Assembly: GCA_019057375.1 (NCBI GenBank)
Contig: DXJF01000011.1
Span: 58,922-122,921, forward strand
DNA length: 64,000 nucleotides
DNA from: Candidatus Heimdallarchaeota archaeon
Lineage (GTDB): Archaea > Asgardarchaeota > Heimdallarchaeia > Heimdallarchaeales > Heimdallarchaeaceae
Reading direction: 5' to 3'
Notes under the pieces: model-generated
Told to the model about the DNA's origin: nothing
What the model saw: the letters and a program-made list of their open reading frames with translations, nothing else
The model's database searches: none
Shown: one piece after another, positions 37,946 to 47,558 of the stretch
How the letters are laid out: each line of letters starts with the position of its first letter
How positions within the stretch are numbered: position 1 is the stretch's first letter
Translations under genes and position numbers: made by a program

Positions 37946-39622
37946 ATGCTAGATACTGAAGAGTTTCGAGAAAGAAAAGAAAGAATTTTTCAGAATATTG
38001 GAAGTCTTAATACTTTATCTGATCTTAGTGACCATGTCTTGGATTTAGAACTCGTTTGTGCAAACGAAAGATCTTTGGAATTAGCGAACATTCTGAAGAA
38101 GACTATAATTGTAGCGAAAGAAATTGAGAATAATAACCTTTTGTATAAGTCATATAGACTGTATTTTCAGCAAATATTTTCATATGTTCAGAGATTGGAT
38201 GAGGCTGAAGAAATAGTTAATTGCATGCAAACAATTGCAGAATCAAGTAATAACATAGAACATGAATCTCTTGTTTATTTTTCAAAAGCTCTTCTAATTA
38301 GAATTCATGGACTAATTGAAAAATCTGATGAACTTACAATTAAGGCAATGAGAAAAATAGAAAAAGGAAAGAAAATTTATCCCGATACATATTACCGTAT
38401 TCTTTTTACTTATAATATGTTTATGTGGTATCGTGATAATGATTTTCCAGATGTTTTTTCTAATGTAGAAAAATGTGTTTCCTATTGGAAAGATACGTAT
38501 CACACTTTACCTATGATTACAGGGATATTCAGATTACTTAGATTGTACATATTTTCAGGTAATAGTGAAAAATTTAATAATTTAATGCAATGGATATTTG
38601 AGAAGGAAAGAATACAAGATAATTTAATTGATTATCATTTCACATTACTATATTCCTTCATTGGTCGTATCCAAGCAATTCGATTGAATATCGACAAGGC
38701 TATAGATTTTTTATCTGAAGCATATCATAGAGTAATTTCTTCAAAATCTGAAGATATAATGATGTACGAATATATTGAAATTCAGAAGTTATTGTGTAGA
38801 AGCTATGCATTTAAAGGAGAATTTCAAAAATCTTATCAAATCCTTATTGAGTTTCTAAATTTCGTTGAAAGTGATTTTGTTAAGCAGAATTATCAAACTT
38901 CAATGGTAAAAAGACTGTATTTTGGTGTATATTATACCCTGTTGTTTATTTTTGCTCAACTTGATGTTAATATTGATAATATAGCAGATACTCAGCTAAA
39001 GAGAATACACAATTATACAAAGAATCTTCTTGAAAAATCAAGAATTTCAGAGGATTTACTAATAAGCAATTCTTTAGATGACAAACAATTGGATAAAATT
39101 AAAATAGAAAAAGATAAGAGACCTGTTGAGTTTGATTTATCTCTGTATCAACAGTTAAATTCTCTTAAGACACAAGCTGCTTCTGAAAATACAGTTAGTA
39201 ACATAGAGTATCTGAGAGGTTATGTTTACAACCCCTTATATGCTGACATAATTTTGGGAAAGATTCATCTTTCCATTGGTAATTTTAGAGAATTTAAGAG
39301 TATAGTTAAACAAATGGAAAATAAGGAAAAAGAAGCTGATACTCCTGTTTTGATTCTTTGGATAAAACTATATAGGTTGCTGTTTGAATACTTAGAAGAT
39401 CCTGGAAATAAAGTGATATTATCAGAGTTTAGAAAATTGGAATCTTACTGCAAGAAAAATAATTTCATCAAGATGTCAGAAGAAATTAACTTATACTTCA
39501 AACTAATAACTTCAACAAAAACAATCAATAACTTAACTCAAAAATTCCAACAAACAGCTTTTACTGATATTTATAATAAACAGTCAAAAAGAATGGTTGT
39601 TGAATATCTTGATAGTAAATAA
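37946..39622 (+). CDS. hypothetical all-helical (TPR-like) protein
   Basis: 558 aa with helical-repeat-like composition and no catalytic motif that I recognised. Confidence 0.55.
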   Translation: MLDTEEFRERKERIFQNIGSLNTLSDLSDHVLDLELVCANERSLELANILKKTIIVAKEIENNNLLYKSYRLYFQQIFSYVQRLDEAEEIVNCMQTIAESSNNIEHESLVYFSKALLIRIHGLIEKSDELTIKAMRKIEKGKKIYPDTYYRILFTYNMFMWYRDNDFPDVFSNVEKCVSYWKDTYHTLPMITGIFRLLRLYIFSGNSEKFNNLMQWIFEKERIQDNLIDYHFTLLYSFIGRIQAIRLNIDKAIDFLSEAYHRVISSKSEDIMMYEYIEIQKLLCRSYAFKGEFQKSYQILIEFLNFVESDFVKQNYQTSMVKRLYFGVYYTLLFIFAQLDVNIDNIADTQLKRIHNYTKNLLEKSRISEDLLISNSLDDKQLDKIKIEKDKRPVEFDLSLYQQLNSLKTQAASENTVSNIEYLRGYVYNPLYADIILGKIHLSIGNFREFKSIVKQMENKEKEADTPVLILWIKLYRLLFEYLEDPGNKVILSEFRKLESYCKKNNFIKMSEEINLYFKLITSTKTINNLTQKFQQTAFTDIYNKQSKRMVVEYLDSK

Positions 39623-39680
39623 AACTCTTTTATTGAAATAAAAAAAACAAAAGAAAAATTCCAAAATGGATTCTTTTTGC

Positions 39681-39749
39681 TTAAGGGTACCATTCTGGGG
39701 GGAGGAAATCATCGTCGTCTGTTGGGTCGTAATATCTCATCATGTTCAT
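39681..39749 (-). CDS. acidic mini-protein, family copy 5 (22 aa)
   Basis: MNMMRYYDPTDDDDFLPPEWYP*. Confidence 0.5.
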   Translation of the reverse strand: MNMMRYYDPTDDDDFLPPEWYP

Positions 39750-39928
39750 CTCGGATAGTTTTACTGATATTTACCTCAAGAAAAGATAATAAACAAATCA
39801 GAAATTTCGTGTCAGAATCTTTTTGAAAAAGTATGATTTTTCACACTTTTTTTGGTATTTTTATATCCTAAGGTAGTATCCCCCTTGATTATCTCTTGTA
39901 CTTTGAGTATTCTTAGAGAGGAAATACT

Positions 39929-42757
39929 ATGACTAAAAAGAAGAAATCTCAGTTTCGTTATAGTTCCAATAAACAACAGCAAACTAGAACTAGAAGGATT
40001 ATTAGAGCAATTCTTCCCTGGATCTGTGTAATTGTTCTTGGTTTTATTTCCTTTATATTTCTCTTTCCAGAGTTGGTGAAATTGTTTCCATCCGATTTTT
40101 TAATTTCTATAGCAGCATTCAGTGAAAATATAGCTCTTTTCTTGAAAGGTTTCTTTATTACTCTCTTTACTAATTTAGTTTTTATTTCCTCGATTTTAGC
40201 TCTTCTTATATTTTTCATTGCGGTTAAATTATTACCTTTCTACAACATTGATGATACAGAATTTTATACTCAGAAGAAATTGTTTTTACCCTTTTTTAGA
40301 AAGATTGGCGTAGTAATGGTTTCTTCCTCAACAGGAAACGGCAACAGTAATTACAGCAACAGTAGCTATGCTAATAAAATTCATGAATCTTTCATCAACT
40401 GTCTTTCATTGAGAACAAAAGATAGAATGTTAGCCATTTACAAACATACTACTGGAGTAAGCATATTTTTTCCAATTATTTCTAAAGGGTGGATAAAGAA
40501 CAGAACTAATCAACGTTTAAATCGAGATATTATTTTCATTTCTAATTCGATTGATAGTCATTATGATTGCAGAATCAAAACTTTGAATGGTGACCAGACT
40601 AAAGATCTTGTTCAAGCTCTGAATCAAATGAAAGCTAAGAGTAAAATTGAATCCTCTTCTGAGTTGATTACTCAATTTAATGTGACTGATCAAATGTATA
40701 ACATCTTTGTTAAGAATGAAATAAAGGATACTTGTTTTATCATTAAAACAGATAAGAAAAGGAGAGAATCTAAGAAAATTGTTTTTGATCTTCTTCTTTT
40801 ATCTGAAGACAATGCTACAGAATCATTTATTTTCAATGCCTCTGGTTTGTCTAAGAAGAAAAGAAAAGTTATAACACCTAACAAGAACTTTCATAGTCTA
40901 GTTTTCTCCCCAATTCGTAAGAAAGAATCTGTATTGATTGACGATATCGCTTCTTTAGTTCATGTGCCTATGGCTTATAGAGGTGGTTCTTTACCAATTA
41001 GTGCTAAAAGAGATGGTCTAAGTTCTTCTATACTGAAGGATGAAGATAATGTTATTGTTGTAGGTAGAGCAATAGATGAAAATGATATGGGAAAGGAGAT
41101 TTTTCTAAATGTGAAAGACCTCTTACTTAATGTTGAAATCCTAGGATCTATCGGCAGGGGGAAGACAAAACTAGTTTCATCAATTGTCGGTCAGCTATTT
41201 GAGAAGAAAATAAGTACACTAGTTTTTGACATTAAAGGTGAGTATGCTAGAACATTCACAGAAGACCCAAGAATCGAAATTTATACAATTGGAAAACCTC
41301 ATCCTCTTTGCATAAATATTTTCGAAACAGTTGATGAAGATGATATCCATAATACTTTACTGATTATAGAGGAAATGTTACTTTCTTCAAATCAAGAGTT
41401 TACACCTGCTATGAAGAATCTATTTGAAAGTGCTCTCTTACTTACTCATAAAGCACCCAAACGTAATTTACAAGTTTTTGTTGAAAACATTTTCAAGGTT
41501 TCAAGACAGCTGCAAGCTCATTCAAACATCACTTATTTACAACAAACTATTGATGCCGTTCTTAACAGATTAAATTTCATATTTAATCCAATAAATTTTG
41601 AAATCTTAGGTGCTATGAGAACAACTTTAGATCTTTCCCTTCTAGAAGGGGGTAGAAGTATCATTTTGGATTTAAGCCAGTTCCAGAGAAGAGCGGCAAG
41701 ACCTTCTGATATCTTTTTGGTATGCAATTTGGTACTTAAAATGCTCTATAGAAAAGCTTCTGCAAGAGAGATGACTAACAAATTACGATATGTAGTTGTT
41801 CTTGAAGAAGCCATCAATATTATTCCTAATTTCTATCATTCCGAAAGCTCTGCATCTTTGATTACATCTGAAAACAATTTCTTACTTGGAAGATCTCTCG
41901 GAATCGGGCACATTACTATTACTCAGATGTGGCAAAGTGTTAGTAATATAGTTCATGGTAACTCTGCTACAAAATTTGTATTCAGGTCAAGTGAAAAAAC
42001 AGATCTCATAGTCAAAGCTTTAAATCTAGAAGAGGACGAGATCACTAAAATACAGAGTTTACCAACACAACATTGTTTCTTATTCTTTGAAGGTTCAGAT
42101 TCAGCTATACAAATTCGAACACTAAACTTAGCGACAGATCCAATCAGCTTTACTGAATATCAAACGAAAATGTTGAAAAAATATGGTAGAAGCGTTTTTC
42201 CTCTGCTATTTAATAACTTCATAGATATGCGAACTTCTATCTATCAACAGAGTAACGCGAATATCGTTGGAAAAAACAAGAAATTTACTAGTAAAAGACA
42301 AGATTTAGCTCAAAACAAGTTAGATAATTTTCTGAAAGAAGAAGAATTGGAAATTGATTCTAATAAGAAAATGATTATTGAGAAGGACACTTTGGATTTC
42401 ATTACTTCAGCAGGATTATTACCTGAAAACTTAATCTGCGAACAATTGTGTTTTCAGGAGGATAGCGAGAAAAACTGCTTGAAGTATAATATGGGAGCAA
42501 AAGTTGTGAAATCTACTATACTCAATGAATGTTCCACTGAAGAGATTTCTATTATGCTTACTGATGTGAGAGAACTTCATTCCTTGGTTTCCGCAATATC
42601 TACAAAGAGAAACCTTGAGTTCGATGAAAATCTAGTCTTTTGTACAGTAAAAACTTTGGTTGTGGACTTTATTTCAGAGAATATCCTAACTCCAAACGAA
42701 GCTTATAGTATTCTTACAAGATTCTCTCTTAGGATTAAAGAGACAATAAATACTTAA
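39929..42757 (+). CDS. membrane-anchored HerA/FtsK-superfamily (DUF87/AAA_10-like) P-loop ATPase
   Basis: N-terminal TM helices, Walker A ILGSIGRGKTKLV followed by VFDIKGEY, and Walker B RYVVVLEEAINIIP. Confidence 0.6.
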   Translation: MTKKKKSQFRYSSNKQQQTRTRRIIRAILPWICVIVLGFISFIFLFPELVKLFPSDFLISIAAFSENIALFLKGFFITLFTNLVFISSILALLIFFIAVKLLPFYNIDDTEFYTQKKLFLPFFRKIGVVMVSSSTGNGNSNYSNSSYANKIHESFINCLSLRTKDRMLAIYKHTTGVSIFFPIISKGWIKNRTNQRLNRDIIFISNSIDSHYDCRIKTLNGDQTKDLVQALNQMKAKSKIESSSELITQFNVTDQMYNIFVKNEIKDTCFIIKTDKKRRESKKIVFDLLLLSEDNATESFIFNASGLSKKKRKVITPNKNFHSLVFSPIRKKESVLIDDIASLVHVPMAYRGGSLPISAKRDGLSSSILKDEDNVIVVGRAIDENDMGKEIFLNVKDLLLNVEILGSIGRGKTKLVSSIVGQLFEKKISTLVFDIKGEYARTFTEDPRIEIYTIGKPHPLCINIFETVDEDDIHNTLLIIEEMLLSSNQEFTPAMKNLFESALLLTHKAPKRNLQVFVENIFKVSRQLQAHSNITYLQQTIDAVLNRLNFIFNPINFEILGAMRTTLDLSLLEGGRSIILDLSQFQRRAARPSDIFLVCNLVLKMLYRKASAREMTNKLRYVVVLEEAINIIPNFYHSESSASLITSENNFLLGRSLGIGHITITQMWQSVSNIVHGNSATKFVFRSSEKTDLIVKALNLEEDEITKIQSLPTQHCFLFFEGSDSAIQIRTLNLATDPISFTEYQTKMLKKYGRSVFPLLFNNFIDMRTSIYQQSNANIVGKNKKFTSKRQDLAQNKLDNFLKEEELEIDSNKKMIIEKDTLDFITSAGLLPENLICEQLCFQEDSEKNCLKYNMGAKVVKSTILNECSTEEISIMLTDVRELHSLVSAISTKRNLEFDENLVFCTVKTLVVDFISENILTPNEAYSILTRFSLRIKETINT

Positions 42758-42870
42758 TCATACTCTCGCATTTGATAAGATTTAAAAGCAGACATTCTTT
42801 TCTTCTCCTAAGTTCTGACCACGCTGACCGTTGTCAATGGGCTTAACGGAAGTGGTAGAGGCTGATACTT

Positions 42871-43512
42871 ATGGTAGAACAAGAACTTAAAATTGCAATT
42901 GAAAAAATGAAAAAAGATTCACCTGCTCGTCAGTTCGTTGAATCAGTTGATATGGCAATCAATCTCAAAGATATCAATCTTCAAGATCCTTCAAAGAGGT
43001 TTCAGATGGATGTTAGACTCCCTCATCCTCTAGAGAAAGATATTAAGATTTGTGTGCTTGGAGAAGGGTCGCATCTAGTAGACGCTGAATCAGCAGGAGC
43101 AGCTAGAATCATCAATAAAGATGAATTGGACAACATTAGTAGAGAACCCAAGATAGCAAAGAAATTAGCCCAACAATATGATTTCTTTATCGCAACAGCT
43201 TCATTGATGCCAACTATTGGTAGAAGTTTGGGAAAATTCCTTGGTCCTCGCGGTAAAATGCCTAGACCTTTACCCCCAACTGCACCAATTGAACCACTCA
43301 TCAATAGCTTTCAAACGACAATACAAGTCCGTTTGAGACAATCCCCTGTTATTCATGCTAGGATTGCTACTATAGCTATGGAAAATGATTCTATAGTTGA
43401 GAATGCATTGACTGTAGTAAGAAACGTTGAAAACAGACTCGAAAAAGGGGAAAATAACATACGCACAATCTACATTAAAACTACAATGGGTCCCGCAATA
43501 AAAGTCAAGTAG
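42871..43512 (+). CDS. rpl1: 50S ribosomal protein L1
   Basis: 213 aa, L1-like throughout, and positioned before P0. Confidence 0.9.
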   Translation: MVEQELKIAIEKMKKDSPARQFVESVDMAINLKDINLQDPSKRFQMDVRLPHPLEKDIKICVLGEGSHLVDAESAGAARIINKDELDNISREPKIAKKLAQQYDFFIATASLMPTIGRSLGKFLGPRGKMPRPLPPTAPIEPLINSFQTTIQVRLRQSPVIHARIATIAMENDSIVENALTVVRNVENRLEKGENNIRTIYIKTTMGPAIKVK

Positions 43513-43520
43513 GTGACAAG

Positions 43521-44525
43521 ATGTCAACTGTAAAAGTTTCTGAAAAGAAAAAACAAATAGTTGAGAAACTGAAGAACGATCTCATATCCTATCCCATTAT
43601 TGGACTCGTTAGGATTGATAATATCAATGCAAGCATTGTTCAAAGAATGAGAAAAGATTTACGAAAGGATGCTAAAATTGTTATGGCTAGAAACAGCTTA
43701 ATGAGAATCGCTATTTCTGATTTAAAGAAAAAGGTTCCAGGCATTGAAAAACTATTAGAATACATTGTTGGTTCCTGCGCATTCTTGCTAAGTGAAACAA
43801 ATCCCTACAAATTAGCGACTTTCATGGATGAGAATAAAGTACCCGCACCAGCAAAAGCTGGACAATATGCACCTAATGATGTCATAATTAGACCAATGAA
43901 TACAGGAATCCCTCCTGGACCTGTCATTGCTGAATTACAGTCATTAGGACTCAAAACAAGGATTGAAGGAGGACAAATACGTATCGCAGAGGAAGCGGTT
44001 GTAACTAAAGAAGGTGACCGTGTAAATAGAACCGTTGCTCTTCTTTTAAGAAGATTAGACATCAATCCCTTTCAAACTGGTTTGAGTTTTGTTGTTGCTT
44101 TTGAAGACGGGGAAATCCTTCCTGGCGACGCTTTATTACTCGATTATGAGCAATATAGAGCAAACGTTCAATGGGCTTACAATTCTGCTTTGAATCTAGC
44201 GGTTAATGCTGGATTTGTAACAAAACAAAGCTTATTGTTGATACTTTCAAATGCTCATCAATTAGCTCTCAATCTTTCAGTTAATGCTGGATTTCTAACT
44301 AAGAAATCTCTGTCATTAATTCTCACAAAAGCAGTTCAAGGATCTCTTTCTGTCGCAACTTTTGTAGCAGAAAAAGATTCAAGAGCTTTGTCAAACAAAG
44401 CTCAGGCCAAACTTTCTGAAGCTCCAAAACTTCAACAGACTGAAACCATTGTAGCTGAAGAAAAAGAGGAAGAACCCGAGGAAGAACCCGAGGAAGATCT
44501 AGGGTTAGGATCGTTATTTGGATAG
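43521..44525 (+). CDS. rplP0: 50S ribosomal stalk protein P0 (L10)
   Basis: 334 aa with an acidic C-terminal tail EEKEEEPEEEPEEDLGLGSLFG. Confidence 0.9.
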   Translation: MSTVKVSEKKKQIVEKLKNDLISYPIIGLVRIDNINASIVQRMRKDLRKDAKIVMARNSLMRIAISDLKKKVPGIEKLLEYIVGSCAFLLSETNPYKLATFMDENKVPAPAKAGQYAPNDVIIRPMNTGIPPGPVIAELQSLGLKTRIEGGQIRIAEEAVVTKEGDRVNRTVALLLRRLDINPFQTGLSFVVAFEDGEILPGDALLLDYEQYRANVQWAYNSALNLAVNAGFVTKQSLLLILSNAHQLALNLSVNAGFLTKKSLSLILTKAVQGSLSVATFVAEKDSRALSNKAQAKLSEAPKLQQTETIVAEEKEEEPEEEPEEDLGLGSLFG

Positions 44526-44535
44526 GTGAAAAAAT

Positions 44536-44841
44536 ATGGAATATGTATATGCAGCATTAATACTTCATGAATTAGGTGAAAATATTACTCAAACAAAGGT
44601 AAAAGGAATACTCGAAGCCGCTGGAGCAAAAATAGATGAATCTCGAATTAAAGCTTTAGTAGCAGCCTTAAAAGAAGTTAATATTGAAGAAGCTTTGAAA
44701 GCTACTGTTATGGCTGCTGCACCAGCTGCAGCATCTCCTGGAGCTGCAAGTGATAAAGCAGCGCCTGCAGAAGCTAAAGAAGAAAAAGAAGAAGAACCAG
44801 AAGAAGATGCCGATTTAGGTCTAAGTGCTCTATTCGGTTAG
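44536..44841 (+). CDS. rpl12: 50S ribosomal stalk protein P1 (L12)
   Basis: MEYVYAALILHE... with the tail EEKEEEPEEDADLGLSALFG. Confidence 0.9.
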   Translation: MEYVYAALILHELGENITQTKVKGILEAAGAKIDESRIKALVAALKEVNIEEALKATVMAAAPAAASPGAASDKAAPAEAKEEKEEEPEEDADLGLSALFG

Positions 44842-44881
44842 AATTTTCTATTTCCTTCTTATTTTCTTTTTCAATATCTTT

Positions 44882-45199
44882 TTATTTATTTTTTAAAAAA
44901 ACATTAAAGGCATCGATAATATTGTCACATTTTTCTAAAGCGTGGTAAATTTCTAGATCAGAAAATTCAGTTTCTTGAACAGCACTGGAACTAAGTGATG
45001 CTATCCTTGATCTTCTAATTTCACCTCTACCGTCAATTGAAACGATTAATGTATGATCATCTGCGTGCATTAAAACAAAGTTAAACAACTGACTATCTCT
45101 TAAATTTTCCAATTGCTTTCTTTCAATTTTACATTCAAGCATTTTTCCACAATGATCACAACTGAATGTTTTGTGAATAAATTTGTCATTCTTTCTCAT
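44882..45199 (-). CDS. hypothetical protein, last gene of the GTPase operon
   Basis: 105 aa, starting 24 nt downstream of the GTPase gene on the same strand. Confidence 0.45.
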   Translation of the reverse strand: MRKNDKFIHKTFSCDHCGKMLECKIERKQLENLRDSQLFNFVLMHADDHTLIVSIDGRGEIRRSRIASLSSSAVQETEFSDLEIYHALEKCDNIIDAFNVFLKNK

Positions 45200-45223
45200 C
45201 TGATTACCTATCTTTCTATTTGA

Positions 45224-45835
45224 CTAGAAGCTTTGATATTTTGATACTAGCTCATCAGCTAGACTTTGTTCTTTGTTTATTATCTGGTCAACAATATACT
45301 CAAAGGGTTCTGAAACATTGCCTGATAAAAGACCGCTCACGAGAAAATGCTTTTTGATGTTATAACTCTTCATGAAATCGTGGATATCTTCTATGGATAT
45401 TTCCGCATCTTCCAAGTCAAGCTTGTTTCCAACTAAAACTTCTGGAATTTTAGGATAGAAGTGGTTAGCTAAATAATTACGAGTTAGATCAACAAATTCA
45501 TTCAAATAGGCTAGGGTTTCTATATCAGTAATATCATAAACATACATTACACCTTTAACTCCACGTAGGAAAACATCAATCATGAATCGGAATTGTTTTT
45601 GCCCTGCAAAATCCCAAATCTGTATAGTTACTGTACGACCTTGGTAAACTATTCTTTTCACTGTAATGTCTACACCTTTTGTCATTGAAATTTGGTTTGG
45701 ATCATCAAGTTCTCCTGAATAGCTTTTAGATATAGTAGTTTTTCCCACTGAACCTAATCCCAATACGGCAACTTTCAATATATTGTCATGTTTTGAGTTT
45801 TGAGGGAGTACTGTATTCATCATAATCATATCCAA
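45224..45835 (-). CDS. Ras-superfamily small GTPase (Rab/Arf-like)
   Basis: G1 GLGSVGKTT, G3 WDFAGQ, G4 GNKLD. Confidence 0.85.
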   Translation of the reverse strand: MDMIMMNTVLPQNSKHDNILKVAVLGLGSVGKTTISKSYSGELDDPNQISMTKGVDITVKRIVYQGRTVTIQIWDFAGQKQFRFMIDVFLRGVKGVMYVYDITDIETLAYLNEFVDLTRNYLANHFYPKIPEVLVGNKLDLEDAEISIEDIHDFMKSYNIKKHFLVSGLLSGNVSEPFEYIVDQIINKEQSLADELVSKYQSF

Positions 45836-45843
45836 AAAAATAT

Positions 45844-47202
45844 TTAAAGCACCACATTTTTTTGTGGTGAACTGTTATATCCTGCTACCAGCCCATGTAC
45901 AGAAACCGAGGAGTAGATTGGCTTGTTTTTAATTATGGAAAATTCTCCTCCCGAATATAAGGTCATAAAAGGTACATCTGTTCCTATTGCTTCTTTGACC
46001 ATCTTGTTTTCTTCTTCAATTTTATCACCAGCAATGAGCAATCTATTGCTACAGTTAATAAAAAGGCCAAAAATTGGATGGTCAATTTCCTGTGCTGCTG
46101 TATTTGCACATTCATATGCAGATTTTTGCACTCCTAAACCAGATTGTGTAAAAAATTCCGCAATTTTTTCGCTCTCATCTAAAATTTCCTCTGGAATTGT
46201 TGAAATTACTCCTTTCAAAGTTGGATGACATACAGATACAAATGGTAGATTCCCTTGATTCTCTGATTTCAATGTAGAAAGATACAACAATGAAGCATAA
46301 GCCATATTTTTGAAAGCCTCTTCATAGAGATCTTTAGACATACCTAGTAATTCAAGAAATTCTTCCTGGGCGGGTCTTTCATTTATCTCATGGATATAAC
46401 TGCTGCTTTTGAGTCCCTTTGATAGCTCAAAGTTTTTAGTCTTTTGTGATTTATCAAATGTCCAATTATGTTCAAAGTTCAAGGTATCAGAAGAAAAGAC
46501 TGTTCCAACCATTGCATTTTGAAAAACATTTTTTCCTTGAAATTGATAACAAGAAAGCATGTCTAAATCAATAGTAGCTCCTCCTAGGGCATTCTCTACG
46601 TTATTTTCCAGTAATTTCATCAGCATCTTGTATGCAAACGATGTTACACCATAACCATTCTTCCCCATATTTCGATTAATGAGTTTTCCAATCATATTGA
46701 ACATTCTCCTAAATTTATGTGCGAAGATGGTATCCAATATTTTCATGTCCTCGAAAGCATCAGGTGGAAAGAACGGACCAGGTGTGAGGAAGAAACCTGT
46801 TTTGAATTTATTTTGATCATCTTTGAAGAGTTGAATTAGTTTATTTATTCCTTTATCGGGGTTTATTCTAATATTTGAATAGGAAACTGAAGAATGAATA
46901 TTCAATTCTGATGATTTGAAAGCCATTGCAGAACAACCTTGAGTAGTTGGTATATCATTCGATGTAGCAACAGCTGGAAATGTTCCTCCGATTACATTCT
47001 GTGTTCCGCTTTCCTCACAAATTTTTGATATAGCTTGCTCATATTCTCTTTTTTCACGGTAATTTGGGGTATACGCAATAAGGATAAAATCAGGTGTGCC
47101 GTTAATATCACCAATAACATCTTTGATGATATGTTTTGTAGTTGTATGGATAGATCTGTGGCTAGTTGTCCTTGTAGCTATCTGCATAAAGAAATCCCTC
47201 AC
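45844..47202 (-). CDS. FIST-domain sensor protein
   Basis: It has an N-terminal FIST_N-like pattern (PDFILIAYT...VIGGT). Its C-terminus is FIST_C-like (FINCSNR...EEENKMVKEAIGTDVPFMTLYSGGEF). Confidence 0.6.
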   Translation of the reverse strand: MRDFFMQIATRTTSHRSIHTTTKHIIKDVIGDINGTPDFILIAYTPNYREKREYEQAISKICEESGTQNVIGGTFPAVATSNDIPTTQGCSAMAFKSSELNIHSSVSYSNIRINPDKGINKLIQLFKDDQNKFKTGFFLTPGPFFPPDAFEDMKILDTIFAHKFRRMFNMIGKLINRNMGKNGYGVTSFAYKMLMKLLENNVENALGGATIDLDMLSCYQFQGKNVFQNAMVGTVFSSDTLNFEHNWTFDKSQKTKNFELSKGLKSSSYIHEINERPAQEEFLELLGMSKDLYEEAFKNMAYASLLYLSTLKSENQGNLPFVSVCHPTLKGVISTIPEEILDESEKIAEFFTQSGLGVQKSAYECANTAAQEIDHPIFGLFINCSNRLLIAGDKIEEENKMVKEAIGTDVPFMTLYSGGEFSIIKNKPIYSSVSVHGLVAGYNSSPQKNVVL

Positions 47203-47558
47203 AAATAATTAGATATTAAGAGAGCTTTTCTCTTAGATTCTATAGATAACAAACTAAGATTAGCATTTTTGCTTGCAATAGTTGTTAGGATTGTTATGCT
47301 ATTTACAACATAGAAGATTACACAGAATTCATTTAATTCGTAAGTTACTTTATTGAGGTTGTTGGATTTCATTTCTAAAGAAACTTTGTCAACATTTGCT
47401 TTACACCACTGAATTGTTCTTAATAAATTGTGAGAATATTCTTCCTTAAATGATGAATCAACAACATCCCCATCAATTCGGAAGAGTATCGCTGCTTCTA
47501 CTTCATCTAAGTGATTCAAATCCATTAATTCAGAACCAATTCCTTGGCTAAAATTCAT
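47199..47558 (-). CDS. Roadblock/LC7 (MglB-like) protein
   Basis: 119 aa with a pattern like VEAAILFRIDGDVVDS...NLSLL. It shares 4-nt overlaps with both neighbours. Confidence 0.55.
   Translation of the reverse strand: MNFSQGIGSELMDLNHLDEVEAAILFRIDGDVVDSSFKEEYSHNLLRTIQWCKANVDKVSLEMKSNNLNKVTYELNEFCVIFYVVNSITILTTIASKNANLSLLSIESKRKALLISNYL

Noticed and set aside
42811-42870. GC-rich leader before the L1 gene, considered as an L1 autoregulatory rRNA mimic
   Set aside because: I could not match it convincingly to the L1-stalk sequence of the 23S in this window by eye. It needs a structural alignment.
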